DNA from: Promethearchaeota archaeon
GTDB lineage: Archaea; Asgardarchaeota; Lokiarchaeia; Sigyniarchaeales; SOKP01
NCBI GenBank assembly: GCA_016839555.1
Contig: JAEOUA010000011.1
Coordinates: 224,001-288,000, forward strand
Length of the DNA: 64,000 bases
Direction of reading: 5' to 3'
Shown in pieces: positions 1-10,524 of this stretch. Numbering within the stretch: position 1 is the stretch's first letter; every line of letters starts with the position of its first letter. The notes below the pieces were generated by a model. The model did not search any database. It was not told where the DNA came from and was given only the letters and a program-made list of their open reading frames with translations. The position numbers and the translations under genes are program-made.

Positions 1-2
1 TG

Positions 3-881
3 TGGGATAGCCTTAAAAGCAGTGAGGAATCTTTTTTGAATTTATTCCTATATAATAATACTTGCATTATTTCCAAAGCTATCGCCGATAGATTAAACAT
101 TAACGATATTGGTGCTCTTATACGATTAACCTTTATTAATCCCCAAATAGAAGATGATCCAGGCAATACTACTATCTTTCAAGTAGTAGGAATATCGGGA
201 GGGATGCCCGGATTTTGGAATTTTCGAACCTCTTTTATGGCTGCTAGTGGTGGAGGTGTTATGGTGTCTTTGGACGATTATATGAAATATATGGATGTTG
301 AAAATGCTGGAAAATCTAATATGATCGTTGATAAAGCCTATATAAATCTTAGAATTAATTCTGAATTTGTTGTTGAAGATTTTAAAGATGAAATTGAAAC
401 ACAATATGGTAATATAGATTTTAATATTGATGATTCTGTTTCCAAGATAAATGATACACAAGAAACAAATGAAAGTAGAAGCGCTCTAATGGAATTGATT
501 TTAATGTTTACCGTTATAATCTCTATATTCGGTCTAATCAGTAATATGTTTGCGGTAATCAAGGAGAGGAAGTTTGAAATTGGCATTCTTAGAAGTATGG
601 GACTTAAGACGAGAAATATCAGGCAAATGTTTTTAACGGAAAGCATAATTGTTATGATCTCTTCCGCTTTAATGGGATTTTTGATTGGATTGCTCTCGGC
701 TTATCTTTTAGAGACTACAATGGCATTAATCACAGAGATGCCCACGGTATTTTCTATTCCTTGGGATACAGTATTTCGGGTGTTTTCTATAACAATTATA
801 GTAGGAGTTATTGGTATGTATATTATTCTGTGGAATGTAAGCAGACAAAGTGTTGTAGAGATTTTCCGGCAAACTTTTTAA
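3..881 (+). CDS. ABC transporter permease, FtsX/MacB-like C-terminal part (5' end outside window)
   Basis: Frame open from window start; motif ERKFEIGILRSMG followed by 3-4 TM helices, typical of FtsX-like permeases. Confidence 0.85.
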   Translation, partial: WDSLKSSEESFLNLFLYNNTCIISKAIADRLNINDIGALIRLTFINPQIEDDPGNTTIFQVVGISGGMPGFWNFRTSFMAASGGGVMVSLDDYMKYMDVENAGKSNMIVDKAYINLRINSEFVVEDFKDEIETQYGNIDFNIDDSVSKINDTQETNESRSALMELILMFTVIISIFGLISNMFAVIKERKFEIGILRSMGLKTRNIRQMFLTESIIVMISSALMGFLIGLLSAYLLETTMALITEMPTVFSIPWDTVFRVFSITIIVGVIGMYIILWNVSRQSVVEIFRQTF

Positions 882-956
882 CAAATTTAATGGATTTGTT
901 TTTTAATGTCTTGAAACCATAAAAAGGAAAAAAAAAAAATTTGGTTATATTTGTAA

Positions 957-2669
957 TTACGAGATATGCCAATAACGCCGCTTTTTCGCCCATATCACTA
1001 GTATAACACTTATTCCAAGTAAACTCAATAGTATAACAATGCTATAGCTTGGAATTTGAGCTGAGGGAGGTGTTAAGGTAAGTAGGAAAAGCAATATATT
1101 TGGAGGCTCTGAGGGATAATCGTTTTCATCCAAAGGATTTGTACCCACCTTTATTTCTTCTCCATCAGTATATCCATCGCCATCCGTATCGTTATTAGTG
1201 GGATCCGTAATATAGCCGTCGATCCCTATGATTACCTCCTCTCCATCCGGAATCGAATCGGAATCCGTGTCATTATTGATTGGACTCGTACTATATATTT
1301 CTTCGGTGTAATTGCTTAGCATATCAAAATCAGGATCATGAAATCTCTGATTCTTATTTCTTCGAAAAGTAGTATCCCCTGAAAATCCTTGCCAGTAAAT
1401 TCTCTCACCCGAAGGAGAAGGTTTTAGTGCATAGATCTTATTATCATCACTACCGACCACCACCTCGAGTGTGCCATCGCCGTCAATATCACCCAATGCC
1501 GGCGAAGACCATACATCTCCCTGCGTTGTATAGCTCCATAGTATAGTGCCGTTTTCCCCTTCCAGTGCATATATCTTATTATCATCACTACCGACCACCA
1601 CCTCGAGCATGCCATCGCCGTCAATATCGCCCAGTGCCGGTGAAGAATCCACATCATTATTTGTTGTATAGCTCCATAGCTTGGTACCACTCTCCCCTTC
1701 CAATGCGTATATCTTATGATCCCAGCTGCCAACTACTACCTCGAGCATGCCATCGCCGTCAATATCGCCCAATGCCGGAGAAGGATACATAACTTTTCCC
1801 GTTATCGAAGTCGTATAGTTCCATAATTCAGTACCATCCTCTCCTTTTAACGCGTATATTTTATTATCCTCGCTGCCGAAAACCACCTCGAGCGTTCCAT
1901 CACCGTCAATATCGCCCAGTGCTGGAGAAGATTCCACACCTATCGCCGTATAATTCCATAACTCAGTGCCATCCTCTCCCTTCAGTGCATATATCTTATT
2001 ATCCCCGCTACCGACCACCACCTCGAGCGTGCCATCACCGTCAATATCGCCCAATGCCGGAGAAGAATATACATCACTCATCGTTGTATAGTTCCATAGT
2101 TCAGTACCATTCTCACCCTCTAATGCATAAATCTTATTATCATAACTACCGATTACCACCTCGAGCATGCCATCACCGTCAATATCACCCAATGCCGGTG
2201 AAGAATACACAACATCTTTTGTTGTATAATTCCATAGTTCGGTGCCATTTTCACCCTCTAATGCATAAATCTTTTTATCGAAACTACCGACCACCACCTC
2301 AAGCTTATCATCGCCGTCAATATCACCCAATGCAGGCGAAGACCACACAACATCTTTTGTTGTATAATTCCATAGTTCGGTGCCGTTCTCACCCTCTAAT
2401 GCATAAATCTTATTATCCCTACTACCGACCACCACCTCGAGCATGCCATCGCCGTCAATATCGCCCAGTGCTGGTGAAGAGACCACATGATCTTCTGTCG
2501 TATAATTCCATAGTTCTGAGACACTTGCCGAAGAATGGATTTTAGAATTTTCAGCTGGAAGAGTGAAATTATTCATAGTTTTTTCTTGTTGAAGGGATGG
2601 AAATAGCCACCATGAACTTAGAATGGCTAAAAACACAATAAAAACTATATATTTATATTTTTTTTTCAT
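957..2669 (-). CDS. Secreted, membrane-anchored FG-GAP/PQQ-like beta-propeller protein with Ca-binding DxDxDG repeats
   Basis: N-terminal signal/TM; 8 repeats of LWNYTT..V.SSPALGDIDGDG.LEVVVGS.DNKIYAL; DTDSDSIPDGEE/DTDGDGYTDGEE motifs; C-terminal TM followed by KKRR. Confidence 0.85.
   Translation of the reverse strand: MKKKYKYIVFIVFLAILSSWWLFPSLQQEKTMNNFTLPAENSKIHSSASVSELWNYTTEDHVVSSPALGDIDGDGMLEVVVGSRDNKIYALEGENGTELWNYTTKDVVWSSPALGDIDGDDKLEVVVGSFDKKIYALEGENGTELWNYTTKDVVYSSPALGDIDGDGMLEVVIGSYDNKIYALEGENGTELWNYTTMSDVYSSPALGDIDGDGTLEVVVGSGDNKIYALKGEDGTELWNYTAIGVESSPALGDIDGDGTLEVVFGSEDNKIYALKGEDGTELWNYTTSITGKVMYPSPALGDIDGDGMLEVVVGSWDHKIYALEGESGTKLWSYTTNNDVDSSPALGDIDGDGMLEVVVGSDDNKIYALEGENGTILWSYTTQGDVWSSPALGDIDGDGTLEVVVGSDDNKIYALKPSPSGERIYWQGFSGDTTFRRNKNQRFHDPDFDMLSNYTEEIYSTSPINNDTDSDSIPDGEEVIIGIDGYITDPTNNDTDGDGYTDGEEIKVGTNPLDENDYPSEPPNILLFLLTLTPPSAQIPSYSIVILLSLLGISVILVIWAKKRRYWHIS
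1425..2516 (-). repeat. Eight intragenic tandem repeats of ~138 bp (46 aa)
   Basis: Recurring DNA units such as ccgtcaatatc(g/a)ccca(a/g)tgc and cctcgagc; visibly more GC-rich than flanks. Confidence 0.95.
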
Positions 2670-3034
2670 CCATTTTCACTTCTTAAGTAAATAATTTTCA
2701 ATAAAAATTTTAAAATTAATACACATTTTATTGAAATCGTTTAAAAAATTGAATCAGATAGATTACATAATCATTTAAATACTTTTCTATACCATCCATC
2801 TATAGAAAATGGTGAATAATTACTCAATGTAAATTGTCAAATTGACTTAAAATATAGTTCGAGAAATTAATATCTTTGAGAAGTTAAATTTATTATATCC
2901 AAAATCTTTAAAATTTTTTCCAATGTTCAGTAATTCTATTTTGATTAATCAAATTTTAAGATTTAGTATATTTTTTAATCTTTTTTTTCCAATATTTATT
3001 AATTGTTTTATATTATAAAAGATTATATTATTAT

Positions 3035-3409
3035 ATGCCAACGAAGATGACTCAACCAGATTTAGAACTTCTCGAAGATGAGAATACATCCGGAATGAGG
3101 GTTGCCATTTTAGAAGAACCGTATAAAATTCGTCTTGCAAGAGCAAAAATTCCTGAGCCTCGCAAAGATGAAGTTTTAATTAAAATAAAATATGTGGGTA
3201 TTTGCGGTAGTGATGTAGAAGCATATATAGGAAACAGGGAATATGATCTGACTGATGAAGAGGCTCGTGGAAAATTTTTAGGTGTTGCCAATATTTCTCA
3301 AACGATTGGAAGAATACCAGGGTTAATGCTCGGAGGATATATTGCCGAATTTATCCCTTTTTTAAGCAATTCTTTTAATTTCGAAATAAAAAGAATTATT
3401 CATACTTAA
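3035..3409 (+). pseudogene. Chimeric remnant: N-terminus of a Zn-dependent alcohol/sorbitol dehydrogenase joined to an MFS transporter fragment
   Basis: IPEPRKDEVLIKIKYVGICGSD (MDR GroES-like start) abruptly followed by DLTDEEARGKFLG...IG...GGYIAE (MFS loop motif); too short for either. Confidence 0.65.
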
Positions 3410-3977
3410 TAAATTCGATTAATTTTGTTAAAGCTCTTCCTCGATGGGATATTTTATTTTTTTCTTTTTTGGAGAGTTCACCAAATGTTTTTTTTGGTCT
3501 CTCATTAGGGATAAAAATAGGATCATAGCCGAAACCATGAGTTCCTTTAATTTTGGGAGATATTTTTCCATCAACTCTTCCTGTAAATACAAGACTTTTA
3601 TCAGAACTATCATGATATAAAGCAATACATGAAGAAAAATGTGCTATTGAGTTTTTAAAATCTTTAATTAGCTGTAGAATACCTTCATTTCCGATAGTTT
3701 TAAAAACATAGGATGAATACACCCCAGGAAATCCTTTTAATGGATAATCAACAAAGAGTCCCGCATCTTCAACGAAATATGAGCCAATAACTTGATCTTT
3801 CATACTTTCTAATTTATATAATGCAACTTTAGCTATAGAATCTGCTTGAATCTCAATGGGTTTTAAATCTAATTGCTTTAAATCATATGAGAGATTTGCT
3901 TGCTTGAATAAATCTAACACTTCAGCAAATTTATGGGTATTTCCGGTTATAAAAAATATATCTTTTTTTTCAGTCAT
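3396..3977 (-). CDS. rdgB: Non-canonical purine NTP pyrophosphatase (RdgB/HAM1)
   Basis: TGNxHKF, EDAGL, GFPGVYS, GFGYDPIF, KNKISHRGRA motifs. Confidence 0.95.
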   Translation of the reverse strand: MTEKKDIFFITGNTHKFAEVLDLFKQANLSYDLKQLDLKPIEIQADSIAKVALYKLESMKDQVIGSYFVEDAGLFVDYPLKGFPGVYSSYVFKTIGNEGILQLIKDFKNSIAHFSSCIALYHDSSDKSLVFTGRVDGKISPKIKGTHGFGYDPIFIPNERPKKTFGELSKKEKNKISHRGRALTKLIEFIKYE

Positions 3978-4072
3978 TTCTTATTAGATTAACAAATTAA
4001 TATCTAAAAAATATAAGATAAAAAATCATATAATTTTCTTTGTATTATTATTAATATACTAGGGAGGAAAAA

Positions 4073-5377
4073 ATGAGTAAAAAATATAATTATATAATAA
4101 TTGGAGGCGGGATTTCTGGTTTACACATTGGCGCATTATTATCTCAGCATGGAAAGGTTTTGATTTTAGAAAAATTAAGTTTTTTAGGGGGTCGAGCCAG
4201 AGTTTCAATAATAGACGGTTTTAAATTAGATTTTGGACCACATCCTATAAGATTTGGTCCTGAAAGCGCATTGGGAACTTCATTATTAGAAATTAATAAA
4301 TCAATTGATTTTATTAAGCCAGGAAAATCTTGGGCATTTTTAAAAAATGGAGAAAAAATGTTATTTCCCACAGGAGGATTAGTAACCATCATTAGAAGTA
4401 AAATGGTATCTTTTATTGAGACTATAAAACTTTTAATAAAAATAAGAAAAATGGAACCAAACGAGTTTTACGATTTATATGATATCTCATTAGAAGATTG
4501 GTTTAAAAAAGAGAATATTTCTCCAAGGACTCAAAAATTTTTACTTATGACAAGTTCTGCTATGCAGGTCAATCCTTTTCCAGAACGTTCTTCTGTGGGA
4601 GAATTAATGCATAATATTAAGAGGGTTTTAGAAATTGGGAGTGTTTATTATCCAAGTGGGGGTTGGAATTCCATATTTTCAAAATTTATTGATAAAATAA
4701 GGGAAAATGGTGGAGAAATAAGGCTAAATTCGGAAGTAGAGAAGATAATAGTAGAAGATAATATTTGCAAGGCTGTAGAGGTTGATGGTGATAAAATATT
4801 TAGCGATCATGTCATCTCAACAATACCAGTACAGAACTTATTTACCATATTAAATGAGAACTTATGTGATAAGGAGTTCGTTGAAAAATGCAAGGAATTA
4901 AGACCAACTGCGGGAGTTTCTATTGATTTTTGTTTAGATAAAGCCATTAGTGATATTGATGGTCTCGTCTTTTTTGAAGAACCCTTGAGTTTTGGGTTTA
5001 TCCCTTCCAATTTATCTAAAGAAGTTGCTCCTAAAGGAAAATCTTTAATGACCTTTTTACGAGTTGCCAATGTTGAGGATATTAAAGATAAAAATAAAGC
5101 AGAAGAGCTTTATAAAGAATTTCGTCAAACCATCATAAATTTTTTCCCAGAAATTGAAAATCACATACTTCATGAACGATTGATATTTTTAGACATGGTT
5201 GATGGTGTTGAAGTCAATATTAATCAACATCAATTTAAACGTCCTGGGAATAGGATAAAAGGAATAAATAATCTATGGTTAGCAGGAGATAGCGTAGGAG
5301 GAGAAGGAGCTGGAGGAGATATTGGACATACTTCAGTAAGAGAATGCTGTAAACACATTTTGGAAAGAACTGAGTAA
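4073..5377 (+). CDS. FAD-dependent oxidoreductase, phytoene dehydrogenase-like
   Basis: GGGISG dinucleotide fold, LGGR, DFGPH, YPSGG, NLWLAGD. Confidence 0.85.
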   Translation: MSKKYNYIIIGGGISGLHIGALLSQHGKVLILEKLSFLGGRARVSIIDGFKLDFGPHPIRFGPESALGTSLLEINKSIDFIKPGKSWAFLKNGEKMLFPTGGLVTIIRSKMVSFIETIKLLIKIRKMEPNEFYDLYDISLEDWFKKENISPRTQKFLLMTSSAMQVNPFPERSSVGELMHNIKRVLEIGSVYYPSGGWNSIFSKFIDKIRENGGEIRLNSEVEKIIVEDNICKAVEVDGDKIFSDHVISTIPVQNLFTILNENLCDKEFVEKCKELRPTAGVSIDFCLDKAISDIDGLVFFEEPLSFGFIPSNLSKEVAPKGKSLMTFLRVANVEDIKDKNKAEELYKEFRQTIINFFPEIENHILHERLIFLDMVDGVEVNINQHQFKRPGNRIKGINNLWLAGDSVGGEGAGGDIGHTSVRECCKHILERTE

Positions 5378-5409
5378 TCAAAAAAAGTATTATTTCCTAT
5401 AATATTTTG

Positions 5410-6117
5410 CTATAACATTTTGGGATCTATCATGGGAACAACGAATATATCCCAAACAGGTTTACTATTATAATTCACCTTTTTAACCGCTTTTTTTAAG
5501 CGTTGATGATACATCTTGGGTATTTCCACAACTATATTAACTCGTTCTCCATTACCAACTCTTTCAATTAATGGAATACACCATTTTTGTGGGACATTAG
5601 CATACATTCCTTCAACTAATACTAATTTTTGATATAATTCATACGATTCTTCGCCATATTGATTAATAATGTTATCAATATCTTTCCAGAACTCTTGATA
5701 TGTTTTTGGTATAAATTTTAGAGATTTTTTTTGCTTCTTTAATTCTTCTCTAAATGTATCTTCAAATTTTTCGACAATATCCTTAGCTAATCCGCTTAAA
5801 ATTGGTTCAGTAGAAGCGGAAGACTGGGAGCGGGGGTATTGAATCATTAATGCTACAAATACAAACTCTCCAGAGCTAAATCGTGCTTCTAAATCGCCTG
5901 ATCGCATTAAGCTAACACCAGAAGGAAAATGGATTTCTTTTGCAAAATTATTAAGAGCAACAAGAAATCCACTAAGTAATTGATCATAGGAGTCTTCGGG
6001 AACTGTAATTATCGTATATTTATATAAAAGTAATCCTGAGTCTTTAGTAATTATATAGACTTCTACAGGATTTGATATTCTTTCATATTCAAAATTCTCT
6101 ATATTATTCTTCTCCAT
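5410..6117 (-). CDS. Longin-like domain protein
   Basis: VYIITKDSGLLLY...DQLLSGFLVALNNFAKE pattern typical of Asgard longin-like domains. Confidence 0.6.
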   Translation of the reverse strand: MEKNNIENFEYERISNPVEVYIITKDSGLLLYKYTIITVPEDSYDQLLSGFLVALNNFAKEIHFPSGVSLMRSGDLEARFSSGEFVFVALMIQYPRSQSSASTEPILSGLAKDIVEKFEDTFREELKKQKKSLKFIPKTYQEFWKDIDNIINQYGEESYELYQKLVLVEGMYANVPQKWCIPLIERVGNGERVNIVVEIPKMYHQRLKKAVKKVNYNSKPVWDIFVVPMIDPKML

Positions 6118-6172
6118 TTTTTTAATCTACAATTTTCATATATTTAAAATATTTTTAAAATTTAATTTTCGA

Positions 6173-7420
6173 TTAAAATTTCAGTGTTTTAACATTTCCT
6201 TCCTCATCTATAGATTGAAAAATTATTGGAGATTTTCGTTTTTCGTCTTTTTCATCTACATCTAAAAGCTCTTTCATTAGGTGGAGGACATCCATAACAT
6301 TTACACATGCTTCTGGGGGTATTACTCCTTTTTCATTGATTTTTCCACGTTGGATTAAAATTGCACCAAAAGCAGCAGGGATACCGGTTCCCTCGCCAAG
6401 CCCCATTCCTTTCCCAGCACCTTCAGAGACAAATGAAAACACATAACTTCTATCTTCTTTAGTTTTTTTCTTTTTTCCTTTCACTACAATTTTTACACAT
6501 CCTTTAGGTTCTCCGAAATTAGTTTCTTTTAGAATTTTTTCTCTCTGCTTAATTAAGTATTGAATTGAGAAATCATATGGTTGGATTTCGCGAGGCACTC
6601 CCTCAATATCTTTTACTGTTATAGATTCTTTACTATTGAGCCCAAGAGCATGAATTTTTCTTGTTAACTCATAATATCTTTCGGGAAGTACAGAACCTTT
6701 ATTTGTTACTCTTTGAACTCCTTTAATATACATCGGCAGAGTTATTGGCTCGGGATGAGGATATGGATATACCGTGTATTCTCCAGGAAGGTTTATAAAT
6801 TCCACTTGCTCTATATATTTATTACTTTCTTTTGGCTCAATTTTTTTTGCTTTTCCATCTAAAAATATTGGAATGGGATTTGACATACAATAAAATCTAT
6901 GGCCGATAACAGCGGGTCCTTCATTCGGTTCACCACCGTGAATATGATACATATCAATTGATTCACATTCGTCTAATAAATCGTTCGCAGCATATTTAGC
7001 TAAAACATTCGTAATACCCGGGCTTGAGCCCATACCTATTAAGACGGTGATTCCAGCGTCTTGTGCCGCAGAGTCTAATTCTAATGCATCGTAAGTAGCA
7101 CCAGTATCATCACATATATCGACATAATTGATTTTTTGTTCAATAACAGCTTCAAGAATGGTTTTTTCATATTTATAAAAGGGACCTATACAATTTACCA
7201 CCAAATGCATTCCATTAATAGCATTTGAAATAGAATCTTTTTTATTGGCGTCAACTTTCATAGCTTTTACTTTTTCTCCCAAATTTTTTGCCAAATTTTT
7301 TGCTTTTTCTAAGTTTATATCACCAATTAATACATCCGAAAAATCGGGAGCTTTAGAGAGAATATCAACCACTACCGAACCTACAACACCACAACCTCCA
7401 AGAACAATTACTTTTGCCAT
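6173..7420 (-). CDS. Saccharopine dehydrogenase family protein
   Basis: GGCGVVG Rossmann motif, NCIGPFY, YVDICDD, GSSPGITN, HPEPITLP, GVIPPE. Confidence 0.9.
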   Translation of the reverse strand: MAKVIVLGGCGVVGSVVVDILSKAPDFSDVLIGDINLEKAKNLAKNLGEKVKAMKVDANKKDSISNAINGMHLVVNCIGPFYKYEKTILEAVIEQKINYVDICDDTGATYDALELDSAAQDAGITVLIGMGSSPGITNVLAKYAANDLLDECESIDMYHIHGGEPNEGPAVIGHRFYCMSNPIPIFLDGKAKKIEPKESNKYIEQVEFINLPGEYTVYPYPHPEPITLPMYIKGVQRVTNKGSVLPERYYELTRKIHALGLNSKESITVKDIEGVPREIQPYDFSIQYLIKQREKILKETNFGEPKGCVKIVVKGKKKKTKEDRSYVFSFVSEGAGKGMGLGEGTGIPAAFGAILIQRGKINEKGVIPPEACVNVMDVLHLMKELLDVDEKDEKRKSPIIFQSIDEEGNVKTLKF

Positions 7421-7594
7421 AAAAACTTCAATATTTGTTTGTTTTTTTTACATTCTATAATATTTGATACAATAATATATTTTATATCTAAGTAAAAAAG
7501 TTGATTTACTTAAAAGAAATTATCAAAGCAAATAAATATAGAATCTGAGAAAAGTATTAGAAAAATTTTAAAAAAATAATACTTAAATAATGAT

Positions 7595-9130
7595 TTAAAT
7601 TTTATATAAATGACTCGCAATCATATCAGATATATGTAGGAATTCGCCCAGCTTATTTGGCTTGAATGGCTTGTATTTAGCCCATCTTCCATGGTGGAAA
7701 ATTATAGCCTGATAAATGTCTTTATCTATCGAAACCCCATACCTCTTTAAAACTGCAAGAGTTTCATCTACATGAAGATCTTTTCCATCGAAGCCAAAAA
7801 TTTCCTTAATTTCATGGTTAATGGCATCTTTTTCATAGTTTGAAGAGTAAATTTTTCTCACTTGGAATTGTTTTCGATAAGAATAATATGATACTTTTCC
7901 CATATCATGAAGGATACAGGATTTCACTACTCGTTTTAGGTCAAGATCTGAATAATTATCAGAATATGGAATGTTATATTGGTCCAAAAAGTCGCGATAT
8001 TCTGAAAAAAGGTTAGGATTTTTATAAAGTACATAAGAAATGTTAGAAACTAATAAAATATGGTCAAATAATCCTCCTCGATAATCACCATGGTAGCCTC
8101 CTAACGCAGCAGGAAGTTTTTTGGACTCTTTTAACATAATTTCTATGTTTTTCATTGCTTCTTCCTCTGTATTAAGCAAATTTAGAAAAAATTCTATGGA
8201 ATGACATTTAAATGGTAATTTATTTTGAATTTCTTTATTACAGAAAAGAAGTTCTTTCTGTTTTATTCTTTCCGTCTTATAATAATCTTTAACTTGAATA
8301 ACTAATTGTATTAAATGATGGAATCCCGAGAAACCTTCTTCTAAGGTTCGTAGTAATTCGTTAAAAGTAATTTGGCGATGAAATTTTCCACTTGTTAATT
8401 GACTAAATAAATAGATAATAAATTTATTCCGAAATTTTGAAAAATTTTTTGGAAAAGATTGATGGCCTCTACGAAATTTCATACTTTTGACTATTATTTT
8501 CAAAATTTTTTCATCAATTTTTTCTTCTAGTACGAGTTCATTTATTTTAGGTAGAATAACAGTTATAGATGTGGAATTAAAGCTTGGATCAAACAAGACT
8601 GCTAAATAAAATCCCAATTTGAAACAAGCTTTTGTGAACTGATGTATTGAGGCATTCTCATTTTTAGAAATATCTTCTTGAATACTTTTTTCTAAATGAT
8701 AAAGAACTCTTGCCAGAATATCATCGTAATCATATTTTATACTTGATATTTCGGGCAATTCTGCTCTTATATCTCGCCCTTCTAATAATTGCGAATTTTC
8801 AGGATTTTTTAATTCTAAAAGGGACCATTTATAATTTGTAAAGGATTGTTGTTTGAAATTTTCTTTACTGGAGTATGCTTCGAGAGAATTAAATCCAATC
8901 CAAATATCATATCCATTGAGGGCTTTTTTCTCATATCTTACATTAGTCCAATTTTTTTTAGGAATAAGGTCTAAGGAGTCTAAAAAAACAATTAGGTCAA
9001 TATCATTTGTAGCCCAATCCTCGGGAAGCGAAGGATCGAAATAACTTCCAATACCATAAATCGCGATGATATTTTCTTTATAGGTTTCTTTTAATTCAGA
9101 AATCAATCGGGTAATAAATGGTTTGTCCAT
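7595..9130 (-). CDS. Pol-beta-type nucleotidyltransferase fused to a C-terminal HD hydrolase domain
   Basis: N-terminal YGIGSYF...NDIDL; C-terminal YHGDYRGGLFDH...LHDMGK...FHHG...SDMIAS. Confidence 0.75.
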   Translation of the reverse strand: MDKPFITRLISELKETYKENIIAIYGIGSYFDPSLPEDWATNDIDLIVFLDSLDLIPKKNWTNVRYEKKALNGYDIWIGFNSLEAYSSKENFKQQSFTNYKWSLLELKNPENSQLLEGRDIRAELPEISSIKYDYDDILARVLYHLEKSIQEDISKNENASIHQFTKACFKLGFYLAVLFDPSFNSTSITVILPKINELVLEEKIDEKILKIIVKSMKFRRGHQSFPKNFSKFRNKFIIYLFSQLTSGKFHRQITFNELLRTLEEGFSGFHHLIQLVIQVKDYYKTERIKQKELLFCNKEIQNKLPFKCHSIEFFLNLLNTEEEAMKNIEIMLKESKKLPAALGGYHGDYRGGLFDHILLVSNISYVLYKNPNLFSEYRDFLDQYNIPYSDNYSDLDLKRVVKSCILHDMGKVSYYSYRKQFQVRKIYSSNYEKDAINHEIKEIFGFDGKDLHVDETLAVLKRYGVSIDKDIYQAIIFHHGRWAKYKPFKPNKLGEFLHISDMIASHLYKI

Positions 9131-9267
9131 AAAAATTATTATATTAAGAATCTTTTAAATCTAAATAAATTTTGCTTAGAAATCAAAAAATTTTTTTATT
9201 TTAATAAACTAGAGAAACTATAAGCAATTAAAAAATTTCTTTTAATCTCTTAATATAGTGAGGAAAT

Positions 9268-9726
9268 ATGGCACGATTGCACAGTAGGAAAAAAGGAAGA
9301 TCAGGTAGTACAAGGCCTGCACAATTGGAAAAACCCGTTTGGATTGAGCGTTCAGCAGAAGAAGTTGAAGCAGAGGTAATAAAGCTCGCAAAAAAGGGAT
9401 TTACAAAATCTCAAATTGGATTACATCTAAGAGATACATATGGAGTCCCATTAGTTAAAGTTATTACAGGAAAAAAAATAAGTCAAATTCTTGAAGAAAA
9501 CGAGCTTCGAGACCCACTTCCAGAAGATTTAACTAATTTAATTAAAAAAGCCTTAAACCTAAGGAGTCATCTTGAAAATAATAAAAAAGATTTAGAAGCA
9601 AAGAAGGGGCTCAATCGCATCGAATCAAAAATCTATAGACTACTTAAATATTATAAAAACAAAGGAGTAATAGCTAAAGATTTCAAGTACGATTCTGAAA
9701 AGGTAAGAACTTTAGTTGCTAAATAA
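9268..9726 (+). CDS. rps15: 30S ribosomal protein uS15 (S15P/S13e)
   Basis: MARLHSRKKGRSGS, LPEDL, ESKIYRL signatures. Confidence 0.97.
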   Translation: MARLHSRKKGRSGSTRPAQLEKPVWIERSAEEVEAEVIKLAKKGFTKSQIGLHLRDTYGVPLVKVITGKKISQILEENELRDPLPEDLTNLIKKALNLRSHLENNKKDLEAKKGLNRIESKIYRLLKYYKNKGVIAKDFKYDSEKVRTLVAK

Positions 9727-9774
9727 TTAAATCTTCTAAAATTTTCACAAATAATCAAAATGGTTTAAGAATTC

Positions 9775-10524
9775 ATGAGTCAAAAGGCAAAGTATAAAGA
9801 GAAGCAATGGTTTGATGTATATGCGCCAGTAAGTTTTAATAACGAAAAGGTCGGGGAGATCATCGGATTAGAGACCACCATTTTAAATAGGACAGTGGAA
9901 GCTCTATTGTACGATTTTACCGATGACTATAACCACATTAACTGTAAGTTAAAATTTAAAGTTATTAATTTGAATCCAAAGGCGAATAAATGTGACACTA
10001 CATTAGTCGGACATGAATATACTAATGATTATGTCAGAAGCCTTGTGGGAAGAGGTGCTACAAAGGTCACCTCTATAAAAAATTATACCACTAAGGATGA
10101 ATATATATATCGCATAACAGTGGTATGTGTTACTATTCGGCGAGCTCGAAGTTCCCAACAAGTTATAATAAGAAAAATTATGAGGGAAGTTCTTCAAAAA
10201 TTTGCTGTAAAGCTTAATCACGATAAATTTATCCGAGGGATGATATTCGGAGAGTTTGAAGCTCAAATTAAAAGGATTGCGAAAACCATTTATCCGCTCT
10301 TCAGTTGTACCATCATCAAGAGTAAATTAATATCGATGCCCGAAGGAGGGAAAGATAAAAAAGTATCTGATGAGGATTTTGATATTATAGAATTGGAAAT
10401 CGATAGAACCCGGAAATCTGAAATAAGACGCTCGGAACGGATAAATGTCAAAAAATACGCGCAACAAAAGGCAAAAGAAGAAGAGAAAGAAACCGAAGAA
10501 GAAGTCGAAGAGGAAGAAGAATAA
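9775..10524 (+). CDS. rps3ae: 30S ribosomal protein eS1 (S3Ae) with acidic tail
   Basis: KQWFDVYAP, GHEYTNDYVRSLV, IYPL; adjacent to rps15. Confidence 0.93.
   Translation: MSQKAKYKEKQWFDVYAPVSFNNEKVGEIIGLETTILNRTVEALLYDFTDDYNHINCKLKFKVINLNPKANKCDTTLVGHEYTNDYVRSLVGRGATKVTSIKNYTTKDEYIYRITVVCVTIRRARSSQQVIIRKIMREVLQKFAVKLNHDKFIRGMIFGEFEAQIKRIAKTIYPLFSCTIIKSKLISMPEGGKDKKVSDEDFDIIELEIDRTRKSEIRRSERINVKKYAQQKAKEEEKETEEEVEEEEE

Noticed and set aside
1424-2545. Repetitive alternative-frame ORFs (1424-1732, 1565-1792, 1919-2545) and CRISPR-like periodicity
   Set aside because: Shadows of the coding repeats of the propeller gene; units are ~138 bp with no unique spacers
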